From Chlamydiota bacterium (GTDB lineage: Bacteria > Auribacterota > JACPWU01): a DNA stretch of 64,000 nucleotides. The stretch's first letter is position 1; each line of letters opens with the position of its first letter. Positions 47,947 to 57,709 of the stretch are shown here, in pieces. The stretch lies in NCBI GenBank assembly GCA_016196885.1, contig JACPWU010000002.1, forward strand, positions 22,358-86,357, written 5' to 3'. A program made the position numbers and the translations under genes. Below the pieces are notes generated by a model, which was given only the letters and a program-made list of their open reading frames with translations, was not told the origin of the DNA and did not search any database.

Positions 47947-48487
47947 ATGAGTCCTCGTGACGCTGCCTTTCACGCCCTTCAAAATTGGGAAAAGAAATCT
48001 TTGCCTATCTCTTACACCCTCGAGCCCTATTTTTTAAAGGCGAGTGAAGAAGATTTTTGAGAACATGAGGCGGTTGGGAATCAAAATGATTCTACCGATG
48101 GTGGCGGATGCGACGAAGATCAAAAATCTTTTTAAAATTCCTTTTGACCGCATTTTGGTAGATGTCCCGTGTTCTAATTGCGGAGTTTTTGCTAAAAGGG
48201 TCGAGGCCCGCTGACGGTTTTCTATGAAAGAAGTCAAGCGCTTGGCTGCGTTACAGATTCAAATTTTAAAAGAGGCGCTTCGGCTTCTAAAGTCAGGGGG
48301 GATTTTGGTGTATTCTACGTGCAGCATTGATCCTATCGAAAATGAGGAAGTGGTTCGAGCTTCCTTGAAAGACCAAGCTCAATTCCAGCTCACCGATGAA
48401 AAAACAATATTTCAAACTCTTCAGCAGGCGGGGGGCTATTGGGCAAAGATAAGACTTTCCCTTGACAAGGGCGCTTTCCTAATTTAG
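47947..48487 (+). pseudogene. rsmB: 16S rRNA m5C967 methyltransferase remnant with large internal deletions, a frame break and an in-frame TGA
   Basis: Pieces in order: NusB-like N-terminus MSPRDAAFHALQNWEK; FDRILVDVPCSNCGVFAKRVEAR-TGA-RFSM...; C-terminal GGILVYSTCSIDPIENEEVV. The TGA aligns with the conserved Trp of DAPCSxTGVxRRHPDIKW. Canonical def-fmt-rsmB synteny. Confidence 0.6.
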
Positions 48488-48518
48488 ATTGAGTCTCAAT
48501 TAAACCCAGGAGTGTCAG

Positions 48519-49925
48519 ATGTTTGAATCGTTCATTATTACCTTGAGAGAAGGGATTGAGGCCTCCCTGGTGATCGGCATCCTTTTGGGGATTTTGAAAA
48601 AAATCTCGAGGGAGGACCTCGTTCGCTTCGTTTACGGGGGTGTGGGGGCCGCGGTCGTGGCCAGTGGCCTGGGGGCTCTTTTCCTCCAATCCTTTGTCAT
48701 CAATGAAGAGGTGTATGAAGGGACCCTTTACCTTGTCGCCGCTTTTTTTGTGATCACCATGCTTTGTTGGATGCGCCGGCATGCCAGAACATTAAAGGGA
48801 GAAATTGAAACGGCTGTTCATCACATGACAGGTGGAGCCCAGAAAAAAGGAGAGGCCTGGGGAATTTTTGCCTTCACCTTTTTCATGGTTTTTCGGGAAG
48901 GGGTTGAGACGGTTCTTTTTTTAAGTGCCGTGGGTCTTACCACGCAAAAGCTTTTGTCTTTTATCGCAGGACTGTTGGGTCTGGTGCTGGCCGTTCTTTT
49001 CTGCGTGGCTTTTGTGAAGGGGACCCTGCGGATTGATTTGGGGAGATTTTTCCGGGTGAGCACCGCCGTTTTATGGATTTTTGTTTTTCAATTGTGGGTC
49101 AATGGTTTTCACGAATTGTCCGAAGCTCAAATTTTACCTGCCAGTCAAAGGGAGATGGCCCTTGTAGGACCTTTGGTTAGAAACAATGCCTTTTTTATTT
49201 TGGCCATTCTGGCGATTCCCATTTTTATTTTTTTATTCTCTGCTCGGAAAAGGGAAAATTTACCCGATGAAATGTCAGGCCCTGAACGCAGACTGGCGTT
49301 GTCCAAGGCGAAAAGTGAAAGGCGCTGGCGTTTCAGTTGGTCGGCTGTCTCTTTTTTGATTCTTCTGTCTTTGGGGGCGCATACCGTTTATTCCAATCGG
49401 TCTGAAAAAATAGACCCTCCCCTTCTCGTAGAAAGCCAAGGCGGCTCGATTAAAATTCCTCTTTCTGAAGTAAATGATGGAAGGCTTCATCGGTTTGGCT
49501 TGAATGTTGGGGAAGGCATGGTTCGTTTTCTTGTCATTAAAACCAGCGATGATCGTTATCGAACAGCCTTTGATCTTTGCGAAATCTGTGGAGATTATGG
49601 CTATCGCCAAGAAGGTGAGAATATTATTTGTCTCAATTGTACGGCGGCCATCCATCCTCCGACAATGGGTGTGGCAGGGGGATGCAATCCCATTCCTTTA
49701 CAATCGTGGGTCGAGGGAGGGGAGCTTTTGGTTAAAGAGACAGATTTAAAAGTGTTTCAAGATCATTTCAAAATGAAGGTGCTACCGGAAGTGACGTGCA
49801 CCCTTTGTCACATGAAATTACATTTTGAAGAGGCAAAAGAAATAAAGGCGAAGGGAAAAACTTTTTATCTTTGTCCGATGGAATCTTGCCAAAAAGAATT
49901 TGAGAAACGGTATTTGAATTATTAA
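48519..49925 (+). CDS. FTR1/EfeU-family iron permease fused to a C-terminal Cys-rich (DUF2318-like) domain
   Basis: Two REGxE motifs (TLREGIEASL, VFREGVETVL) in the TM helices. C-terminal 200 aa with CEICGDYGY...CLNCTAAIHPP...GGCNPIP...CTLCHMKLH...CPMESC. Confidence 0.7.
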   Translation: MFESFIITLREGIEASLVIGILLGILKKISREDLVRFVYGGVGAAVVASGLGALFLQSFVINEEVYEGTLYLVAAFFVITMLCWMRRHARTLKGEIETAVHHMTGGAQKKGEAWGIFAFTFFMVFREGVETVLFLSAVGLTTQKLLSFIAGLLGLVLAVLFCVAFVKGTLRIDLGRFFRVSTAVLWIFVFQLWVNGFHELSEAQILPASQREMALVGPLVRNNAFFILAILAIPIFIFLFSARKRENLPDEMSGPERRLALSKAKSERRWRFSWSAVSFLILLSLGAHTVYSNRSEKIDPPLLVESQGGSIKIPLSEVNDGRLHRFGLNVGEGMVRFLVIKTSDDRYRTAFDLCEICGDYGYRQEGENIICLNCTAAIHPPTMGVAGGCNPIPLQSWVEGGELLVKETDLKVFQDHFKMKVLPEVTCTLCHMKLHFEEAKEIKAKGKTFYLCPMESCQKEFEKRYLNY

Positions 49926-49964
49926 AAACTAATTTGGACGAAATTATTTTTAGAGACTTTTCCT

Positions 49965-51227
49965 ATGCTCTTACGAATCCTCAGTGAATCTTTCATGCGT
50001 CGCAAGCGGCGCAAAATACTGGGTGTTTTTGCCGTTTCCCTGGGCGCCAGCCTGGCGACGGCGGTGATTGGGATTTCCTTGGAAGTGGGAGATAAGGTGA
50101 GTCGTGAATTGAATGTTTATGGCTCGAATATCGTGGTTCATCCTTCGGATATTGTAGATGAAGAAGAGGGCCCCGTTCTGGGACAGCCCAGGCTCGACGA
50201 ATCGGACCTTCCCAAAATGAAAACGATTTTCTGGGGCAATAACATCATGGATTTTGCCCCTTTTCTTTTGAGCGAGGTTACCCTCAAGGGCGAGACAATT
50301 TCTATTGAAGGAACATGGTTCTCTAAAGAAATGAGTGTCCCAGATGGCCCATCCGTTAGAACGGGAGTCGAAACCCTTTTCCCTACCTGGCATGTGGAAG
50401 GGTCTTGGCCTCGAGATGATCAGGCCTTGAGAGAGGTGCTCGTAGGAAAAGAGATCGCGGCCCAGTTTAATATTCATCCTTCTCAAAAAATCACGATTGA
50501 GAAAAACGGAAAACCACTTGAGGTTTTAGCAACAGGAATTTTAAATTCGGGAGAGCAATACGATTCGAAAATTTTGGTGGATTTAGATTTGGCCCAAGGG
50601 CTCACTGGACTTCCTAAGGGAGTGGACCAAGTTTTCGTTCGAGCGCTCACCATTCCAGAAGATGATTTTCTGAAGCTTTACGCGCGTCATCCGCAGTCTC
50701 TTTCTCCTCAAGAGTATGAACGGTGGTCATGTTCCCCTTATGTCAGTACCGTTGCGGCTCAGCTTCAGGAGGCGATTGCGCATGCGGTTGCAGAGCCCAT
50801 TCTTGAAGTTTCTCAAAGAGAAGGGGTTTTGCTTAAAAAGCTCAAAGGACTTTTTATTTTTATTTGTGCAGTTGCTTTATTAGCCGCTGGAGTTGCTTTA
50901 ACCACTGTTTTAATGGCCACGGTGGTAGAAAGGCGTCAGGAGGTCGGGCTTTTAAGGGCTTTAGGCGCAGGCTCCAAAGATGTGGTTTTAATTTTTCTAT
51001 CTGAATTGGCTGTCATGGCCATCCTCGGATCTTTTTTGGGGGGGGCCTTAGGCTATGGATTGGGACAATGGATATCCTTTCATTTGTTTCACTCTTTTAT
51101 TCAACCTAATCCGATGGTTCTCTTTATTGTTGCGGGAGTGACATTGACCATCTCTCTTATGGGAGGCCTTTTCCCTATACGATTTGCCCTCAAAGTAGAC
51201 CCTGTGAGAGTCTTGCATGAAATTTAA
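49965..51227 (+). CDS. ABC transporter permease, FtsX/MacB-type (N-terminal TM, periplasmic domain, C-terminal FtsX 3-TM)
   Basis: C-terminal LRALGAGSKDVVLIFLSELAVMAILGSFLG FtsX-domain signature. Confidence 0.75.
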   Translation: MLLRILSESFMRRKRRKILGVFAVSLGASLATAVIGISLEVGDKVSRELNVYGSNIVVHPSDIVDEEEGPVLGQPRLDESDLPKMKTIFWGNNIMDFAPFLLSEVTLKGETISIEGTWFSKEMSVPDGPSVRTGVETLFPTWHVEGSWPRDDQALREVLVGKEIAAQFNIHPSQKITIEKNGKPLEVLATGILNSGEQYDSKILVDLDLAQGLTGLPKGVDQVFVRALTIPEDDFLKLYARHPQSLSPQEYERWSCSPYVSTVAAQLQEAIAHAVAEPILEVSQREGVLLKKLKGLFIFICAVALLAAGVALTTVLMATVVERRQEVGLLRALGAGSKDVVLIFLSELAVMAILGSFLGGALGYGLGQWISFHLFHSFIQPNPMVLFIVAGVTLTISLMGGLFPIRFALKVDPVRVLHEI

Positions 51228-52332
51228 AATGTTTTTAAAACTTTGTTTTGCTTCGATTTCTCATCAAAAGGGTAAATCAGCTTTGATGATGATTGTTTCT
51301 GTTATGGCCGTTGCGGTGACCACCAGTCTCTTGGGATTGATTTATGATGTTCGGCTTCAAATGCAAAAGGAACTCATGGCCTTTGGCCCTAATTTTAAAG
51401 TCCAACCTCAATGGAATACCATTGGCAACATGATTTCGTGGGCCCAGTACGACGAAATTGAAAAAATGTTTTTCAGGCCAGATGCAATTATTTGCCCTGT
51501 TTTAGCGGGTGTGGTGTTGTGGAAAGATCGCTCTCAATTAATAGAAGGCGTTTTATTAGATGCTTACCAAAAGATTTCCAAGCATTGGATAGTGGAAGGT
51601 ACATGGCCAAATAAGCCAGGAGAAGTTTTAGTGGGAGAAAAAGTCGCTCAGAAATTTCATTTAAAGTTGGGAGAGACTTTGACTTTTGATCAGTCCTCTC
51701 AAGCTTTTTTGATTCGAGGTTTTTTTCGATCAGGGACCCGAGAAGAAGAAAAAATAGTTTTCTCAATGAAAGGCGCGCAAAAAATTTTAAAAGAGGAAAA
51801 AAACTTTTCATTTGTTTTTGCCAGATTAAACAATTCTCTTCAGGAATTAGAAAATTTAAGCGAAAATATTGAAAAACATTTTCCTGATTTAAAGGCGGTT
51901 CCTATTCGAAGGGTTTCTTTGGCGGAGGGAGCGATTCTAGATCGTATTGGCAGTTTAGTGGGATGGGTGAATATCCTGATTTTGATGGTTGCTGCGTTGG
52001 CTTTGATGGCGACTTCAACAGTTTTGGTGGATGAGCGCCGTGAAGAGTTTGGCTTGCAGCGGGCCTTGGGAGCAAGTCCCGCTCAATTGATGCGGCTTTT
52101 TTACATGGAAACTTTTTTGAGTGCCTTCATCGTTTCACCCCTTGGTTTTTTACTAGGATTCTGGGGGCTAAAAATATTGGCTTATGAGGTTTTTTCGGCT
52201 CAAGCGACTTTTCGGTGGGAAATGGTTCCTGTGATTTTGATTGTTTTAATGGTTGTCATTCTTCTAGGAGAGAGTGTGGCTGTGAGAAGAATTGCGACCC
52301 TTGAGCCGGCGATGGTTTTAAAAGGGGAGTAA
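51217..52332 (+). CDS. ABC transporter permease, FtsX/MacB-type (second copy)
   Basis: C-terminal QRALGASPAQLMRLFYMETFLSAFIVSPLGF. Overlaps the upstream gene by 11 nt. Confidence 0.75.
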   Translation: MKFKMFLKLCFASISHQKGKSALMMIVSVMAVAVTTSLLGLIYDVRLQMQKELMAFGPNFKVQPQWNTIGNMISWAQYDEIEKMFFRPDAIICPVLAGVVLWKDRSQLIEGVLLDAYQKISKHWIVEGTWPNKPGEVLVGEKVAQKFHLKLGETLTFDQSSQAFLIRGFFRSGTREEEKIVFSMKGAQKILKEEKNFSFVFARLNNSLQELENLSENIEKHFPDLKAVPIRRVSLAEGAILDRIGSLVGWVNILILMVAALALMATSTVLVDERREEFGLQRALGASPAQLMRLFYMETFLSAFIVSPLGFLLGFWGLKILAYEVFSAQATFRWEMVPVILIVLMVVILLGESVAVRRIATLEPAMVLKGE

Positions 52333-52370
52333 ATGAGTAAAGGACGATGGACGATGGAAGATGGACGAAG

Positions 52371-53444
52371 ATGAGCAGCCTTATTCAAGCAAAAAATTTA
52401 ACGCGTCGTTATAGTGACCATGTCATGGCCCTCGATCATGTAGATTTAACAGTTGAACGAGGTGAATGGCTTGCCATGATGGGGCCTTCTGGGTCTGGGA
52501 AGACGACCTTGCTGAATTTATTGGGTTGTTTGGATCGTCCCACGGAGGGAGAAATTTTCTTTGAAAATCGTTTGATCAGTACTTTCAGTGCTCAAGAGTT
52601 GAATCGCTTTCGCCGCGAAAATGTAGGGATCGTTTTTCAGCAATTTCATTTGATTGGTTATTTGACGGCCCTGGAAAATGTAATGTTGGCTCAGTATTAT
52701 CACAGCATGGTCGATCGTGAGGAGGCAAAGCGTGCCCTAGAGGATGTCGGATTGGGTGAGCGGATTCATCATTATCCGTCACAACTTTCGGGAGGGGAGC
52801 AACAGCGGGTTTGCGTGGCCCGGGCCTTGATTAATCAGCCTAAATTGATTTTGGCAGATGAACCTACAGGAAATTTGGACGAGAAAAGCGAAGAGACGGT
52901 GCTGGATCTTTTTCGGCGTTTGCACGCAAAGGGACACACTATTTTAATGGTCACGCATGACGTGACCGTTGGAAAAATGGCGGATCGTCAACTGCAATTG
53001 GAACACGGAAGAATAGCAGGATCTTATTTAAGTCCCCTTCAAGCAGAGGAGGATATTGAGAATTTTCTCAAGCGCTTATGGGAATTACGTGAAGAGGGTA
53101 AGCTTTCGTATGACTATTTGCAGAAAAATAATTTTTTGGATCATGCGGGTGTTTTGAAATACATGCAGGCCAAAGAACTTTTGGAAGTGAAAGATCGAAA
53201 AATCTATTTTACTTCAGCAGGTGAGCTTCGTATGAGAGATATCATTCGTCGCCACCGGCTGGCCGAAATACTTTTTTCTAAAGCTTTACACATGGATAAA
53301 GAAGAGTCGGCTGTTGAGGCCTGTCAATTTGAGCACATGCTCAATCCCGATATCACAGAAAGAATCTGTACTTTTTTTCATCATCCAAAGAAATGTCCTC
53401 ATGGGAAGGAAATTCCTGGAGGGAAATGCTGTGAAAGACCGTAG
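52371..53444 (+). CDS. ABC ATPase (LolD/MacB-like) fused in frame to a C-terminal DtxR/MntR-like metalloregulator module
   Basis: Walker A GPSGSGKTTL, signature LSGGEQQRV, Walker B ILADEPT. Then LWELREEGK...RRHRLAEILF...EACQFEHMLNPDITERICTFFHHPKKCPHGKEIP, matching DtxR-family dimerisation/metal-site motifs (RRHRL, EH, CPHGxxIP). Confidence 0.7.
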   Translation: MSSLIQAKNLTRRYSDHVMALDHVDLTVERGEWLAMMGPSGSGKTTLLNLLGCLDRPTEGEIFFENRLISTFSAQELNRFRRENVGIVFQQFHLIGYLTALENVMLAQYYHSMVDREEAKRALEDVGLGERIHHYPSQLSGGEQQRVCVARALINQPKLILADEPTGNLDEKSEETVLDLFRRLHAKGHTILMVTHDVTVGKMADRQLQLEHGRIAGSYLSPLQAEEDIENFLKRLWELREEGKLSYDYLQKNNFLDHAGVLKYMQAKELLEVKDRKIYFTSAGELRMRDIIRRHRLAEILFSKALHMDKEESAVEACQFEHMLNPDITERICTFFHHPKKCPHGKEIPGGKCCERP

Positions 53445-53449
53445 CTCGT

Positions 53450-53528
53450 CTTTCGTCGTTCGTCTTCCGTTTATAAGCAAGAAGTTAGTAACGGACGACG
53501 AACAACTAACGAAGAACGACGAACAAAA
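53450..53528. repeat. Word hairpin CGTCGTTCG / CGAACGACG (related to the GTACTTCG family)
   Basis: gtagctcgtctttcgtcgttcgtcttccg...cggacgacgaacaactaacgaagaacgacgaac, between the ABC gene and hemL. Confidence 0.5.
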
Positions 53529-53554
53529 ATTGTTCAAAAGAAAAACAGGTTGTT

Positions 53555-54832
53555 ATGAACCCCTATCATGGCTTATGGCTTAAGGCTCAAGAATTAATGC
53601 CCGGCGGTGTCAACAGTCCCGTACGGGCTTTTAAGTCTGTGGGGCTTGATCCGCTGATTGTTTCCAAAGCCAAGGGTTCCAAAATTTATGATGTTCGAGG
53701 CAAGGCCTATTTGGATTTGGTCATGTCCTGGGGACCTTTGATTTTAGGGCATGCGCATCCTGAGATTTTGAAAGCAGTAAAAGAGGCTTTGGAGGAGGGG
53801 TCTAGCTTTGGTGCCTTGTCTCATCGCGAAATTCTCTTGGCTGAGGCGATTTGTAACGCGCTGCCTTCCCTTGAAAAAATCCGTTTTGTCAGTTCGGGAA
53901 CAGAAGCGGCCATGACAGCCATTCGTTTGGCGCGGGCTTTTACTGGAAGGGATAAAATGATCAAGTTCGAAGGTTGCTATCACGGCCATTCCGATTTTCT
54001 TTTGGCCAAGGCGGGCTCTGGCCTTGCGACTTACAGTCTCGCAGGAAGCGCGGGGATTCCTAAAGAGGTTTTGAAATCTACGCTTGTTCTGCCATTCAAT
54101 GATTGGGTGGCTCTTGAAAAAACAATGAATCGCTTCGGTCGTGAAATCGCCTGTATTTTGGTAGAACCCATTCCCGCCAACATGGGCTTGGTGTTTCCCG
54201 AAAAGGATATGCTTAAGACCTTAAGAAAAATGTGTACGCAAAAAGGAATCCTTTTAATCTTTGACGAAGTGATCACAGGTTTTCGAGTCGGATACGGAGG
54301 CGCACAAGAGCTTTATCACGTTCAACCTGATTTAACTATTTTAGGGAAAATCATTGGCGGCGGATTTCCCGTGGGTGCTGTCGGTGGGCGTAAAGAAATC
54401 ATGGATCAATTGGCACCTTTGGGACCCGTGTATCAAGCAGGAACCCTTTCTGGAAATCCGGTGGCCATGGCTGCGGGATTAAAAACTTTGGAAATTCTGA
54501 AGAGAAAAGGCGCTTATGAAAAACTTGAAAAGCTGGGCGCAACTCTTGCTGGTGGTCTCGAAGAAATATTAAAGAAGAAAAAAATTTCCTTTCAGCTCCA
54601 TCGCATCGGCTCCATGATGACTCTCTTTTTTAATGATCGGCCGATTGAGAATTATCAGGATGTATTACAATGTAATACAGAAAAATTTAATCAATTCTTT
54701 AGAGAGATGTTTCGAAAAAGAATTTTCCTTCCTCCCTCTGCCTTTGAAACCTGGTTTTTGAGCTTGAGCCACTCTGCTCAAGACATCGAGAGCTTCTTAA
54801 AGGCAGCTGACCAGACGTTCAAGGCTTATTAA
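53555..54832 (+). CDS. hemL: Glutamate-1-semialdehyde 2,1-aminomutase
   Basis: LMPGGVNSPVRAF, FDEVITGFRVGYGGAQE, GKIIGGGFPVGA (PLP-Lys). Confidence 0.9.
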   Translation: MNPYHGLWLKAQELMPGGVNSPVRAFKSVGLDPLIVSKAKGSKIYDVRGKAYLDLVMSWGPLILGHAHPEILKAVKEALEEGSSFGALSHREILLAEAICNALPSLEKIRFVSSGTEAAMTAIRLARAFTGRDKMIKFEGCYHGHSDFLLAKAGSGLATYSLAGSAGIPKEVLKSTLVLPFNDWVALEKTMNRFGREIACILVEPIPANMGLVFPEKDMLKTLRKMCTQKGILLIFDEVITGFRVGYGGAQELYHVQPDLTILGKIIGGGFPVGAVGGRKEIMDQLAPLGPVYQAGTLSGNPVAMAAGLKTLEILKRKGAYEKLEKLGATLAGGLEEILKKKKISFQLHRIGSMMTLFFNDRPIENYQDVLQCNTEKFNQFFREMFRKRIFLPPSAFETWFLSLSHSAQDIESFLKAADQTFKAY

Positions 54833-55427
54833 GAGCTCTTTTCCAACCCATTGTACAAGAAGGAGTAAGATTTTGTTCATTTTTGTTTAACTTAACTCAT
54901 TCTTTAGCAAGGAGTTAAGTTCTGAAATATTAAATTATTCTTTTAATCTTTCTGAAATGAACAGTGTCTATATATATGGGTGGGGAGATAGGACGAGGAA
55001 GCCATGTCAACGAGAGAGTATATTTTGAATCAAGTGGAGCTGATCAAGAGAGATTGTGCAAAGTTGAAGATTACGCCAGAAGAATGGGTTTCAAGATTTG
55101 CCAAGAAGTACCATGATGAACATGCTTTGCAGGTGGTTGTGGCTTAATATCAAATCAGACTTTCTGCCCAATTTAACCTTACCTAGAGATCCAGGACTTT
55201 CTTCAGAACTCAGTTCATCCCAGTTAAACTCAGATTTTGCAATAGACGCGTGGACTCAAGAGCAAGAGCTTGAGCCAGACAGGCCTTTGCAGTCCCTGTG
55301 GGATTGGCCTGAAGAAAACAAACAAATCAGGCAAACTTGTGCCAGTGGCACAAGGCAAACTGACGCGTTAGTAAATGAGTTCCTCTTTATAGCATGCAAA
55401 AATTTGCCTGTCGAGTATTTCTGAAGG

Positions 55428-56261
55428 TCAAGTGCCTTCGCATACGGTAACGCCGGCTGCTTTGAGAGCTTCTATCTTAGAAACTGCTGTTCCTGAACCT
55501 CCTGAAACAATAGCTCCGGCATGGCCCATTCTTTTGCCGGAGGGGGCGGTTGTGCCGCTGATAAAGGCGACCACGGGTTTAGTGAATTTTTCCCGAATGT
55601 ATTCAGCGGCAATTTCTTCTTGGCTTCCTCCAATTTCTCCGATGAGAATGACCGCTTCTGTTTGAGGATCTTTTTCGAAGAGTTCGAGAAGTTCAATGTA
55701 GCCGGTTCCAATAATAGGATCACCGCCAATTCCAATACAAGTAGATTGGCCCAAGCCTAAAGAGGTCAATTGCCAAACGGCTTCGTAAGTCAATGTTCCA
55801 CTTCTTGAAATAACACCGATAGAGCCGGGTTTATGAATGTAGCCGGGCATAATGCCTATTTTACATTCACCCGGGGTGATAATGCCTGGGCAATTGGGCC
55901 CGATCAATGTAGTGTCTGTTCCCTGTAAAACCCTTTTGACTTTGGCCATGTCGAGCGTAGGGATCCCTTCAGTAATACAGGCAATCAGTTTGATGCCAGC
56001 CGCATGGGCTTCTAAAATGGCATCCGCGGCAAAAGGGGCTGGAACATAAATCACAGACGCATTGGCCTGGGTTTTCTGAACAGCTTCCTGAACCGTGTCA
56101 AAAATGGGAATCTTTTCGAAATTTGTTCCGCCTTTGCCAGGGGTAACACCTGCTACCATTTTTGTCCCGTATTCCACCATTTGACGGGTATGGAAAGAGC
56201 CGGCTGAACCGGTGATGCCTTGGCAAATGACGCGGGTATTTTTGTCGACCAGAATAGACAT
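55428..56261 (-). CDS. sucD: Succinyl-CoA ligase, alpha subunit
   Basis: [15 protein letters not shown] CoA-binding; SRSGTLTYE; catalytic His region [10 protein letters not shown]. Confidence 0.9.
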   Translation of the reverse strand: MSILVDKNTRVICQGITGSAGSFHTRQMVEYGTKMVAGVTPGKGGTNFEKIPIFDTVQEAVQKTQANASVIYVPAPFAADAILEAHAAGIKLIACITEGIPTLDMAKVKRVLQGTDTTLIGPNCPGIITPGECKIGIMPGYIHKPGSIGVISRSGTLTYEAVWQLTSLGLGQSTCIGIGGDPIIGTGYIELLELFEKDPQTEAVILIGEIGGSQEEIAAEYIREKFTKPVVAFISGTTAPSGKRMGHAGAIVSGGSGTAVSKIEALKAAGVTVCEGT

Positions 56262-56395
56262 AATAGACTCTTTCTCTTAAAATTCGAAATACGAAACACA
56301 GAGTAAAAGCAGGCACGAAATACCAAGCACTAATTTTGAATTTGGGTATTAGAATTTGTTTCGAATTTTGTGCTTCGTTCTTCGAATTTTATTCG

Positions 56396-57553
56396 TCATA
56401 CCCTCTTCACGATTTCCTCTGCTGCTTGTGCCATGGTCTCAGCCGTTACAATCGGTAATCCTGATTCTTTTAATATTTTTCGTCCGGCCTCTACATTCGT
56501 TCCTTCGAGACGCACAACCAGGGGAATCTGGATTTTGACACCCCGAGCCGCCTCTACAATGCCGTTCGCAATCACATCGCATTTCATGATGCCGCCAAAA
56601 ATGTTGACTAGGATTCCTTTCACTTCTGTGTGGGCTAATAAAATTTTAAAAGCAGCCGTGACCATTTCGGTTGAAGCCCCACCTCCCACATCCAGAAAAT
56701 TGGCAGGGGATCCACCGTGGAACTTAATAATATCCATCGTGGCCATGGCAAGACCCGCACCATTGACCATGCAGCCGATGTTTCCGTCTAGGCTGATGTA
56801 ATTCAAGTTGTGTTCACCTGCTTGTACCTCGAGAGGATCTTCCTGGGTGATATCTCTAAAATTTTTGATATCGGCATGACGAAAAAGGGCGTTGTCGTCA
56901 AAATTGATTTTGGCATCGAGGGCCAAGACTTTCCCGTCTTGAGAAAGGACAAAGGGATTGATTTCCACCAGAGAGCAGTCTTTTTCAAGAAAAAGGCGAC
57001 CGAGGGCAAGAAGGATTTGAGAGACTTCATTTGCCCATTTTTCTTTGAAACCGAGGGCATAGGCCACGAGTCGAGCCTGATAAGGTTGAAGTCCCATCAC
57101 AGGATCCATCCATAATTTACAAATTTTTTCAGGTGTTTTTTTTGCGACTTCTTCGATTTCAACACCCCCTTCTATAGATGCGAGAATCACGGGCGCATTT
57201 TTTTGGCGGTCGAGTGCGATGCCAATGTAGTATTCATGGGCAATGTCTGTACTTACCTCCACCCACACCTTTTCAACGGGAATGCCCTCAGGACCCGTTT
57301 GATGGGTGACGAGTCTCTTGCCCAAAATGGTTTCAGCAGCCTTTTGGGCATGAGCGGGAGAGGTTACGATTTTGACGCCGCCCGCCTTCCCTCGCCCCCC
57401 CGCATGAATCTGGGCCTTCACTGCCCATTTTTTGGCAGAGATACCTTTCGCAATTTCAAAGGCGTCTTTAGGGGAAAAGGCAATTTTCCCTTCTACCACA
57501 GGAATTCCGTATTGTTTGAGCAATGCCTTCGCTTGATATTCGTGAATTTTCAT
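56396..57553 (-). CDS. sucC: Succinyl-CoA ligase, beta subunit
   Basis: MKIHEYQAKALLKQYGIPV start; ATP-grasp and CoA-ligase domains. Confidence 0.9.
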   Translation of the reverse strand: MKIHEYQAKALLKQYGIPVVEGKIAFSPKDAFEIAKGISAKKWAVKAQIHAGGRGKAGGVKIVTSPAHAQKAAETILGKRLVTHQTGPEGIPVEKVWVEVSTDIAHEYYIGIALDRQKNAPVILASIEGGVEIEEVAKKTPEKICKLWMDPVMGLQPYQARLVAYALGFKEKWANEVSQILLALGRLFLEKDCSLVEINPFVLSQDGKVLALDAKINFDDNALFRHADIKNFRDITQEDPLEVQAGEHNLNYISLDGNIGCMVNGAGLAMATMDIIKFHGGSPANFLDVGGGASTEMVTAAFKILLAHTEVKGILVNIFGGIMKCDVIANGIVEAARGVKIQIPLVVRLEGTNVEAGRKILKESGLPIVTAETMAQAAEEIVKRV

Positions 57554-57709
57554 ATTGTGAGCGCTAATTTACCTGAAAAGGTTTGGATTTGCAAATGTTG
57601 AGTGAGGAGTGCTTTAGACGGATATTCTATTTAAAAAGGTCTGAGTGCGTTCCCGTTCTTTCAAAGATAATTTGGTTTTCAGTTTGTCGTGTGTAGACAG
57701 GAATTAACA

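Noticed and set aside
48190-48240. UGA recoding as Trp or Gly (alternative genetic code) suggested by the in-frame TGA in the rsmB-like region
   Set aside because: Well-supported genes in the window use TGG for Trp and terminate on TGA, for example the Ddl-like gene at 30950-30952. The in-frame TGA is better explained as a nonsense mutation in a pseudogene.
54940-55424. Two overlapping candidate ORFs in the hemL-sucD spacer: a 47-aa ORF at 55004-55147 with SD gaggaag, and the listed 108-aa ORF 55098-55424
   Set aside because: Neither has recognisable domains and they are mutually exclusive. The 108-aa product is low-complexity. Left unresolved rather than called.
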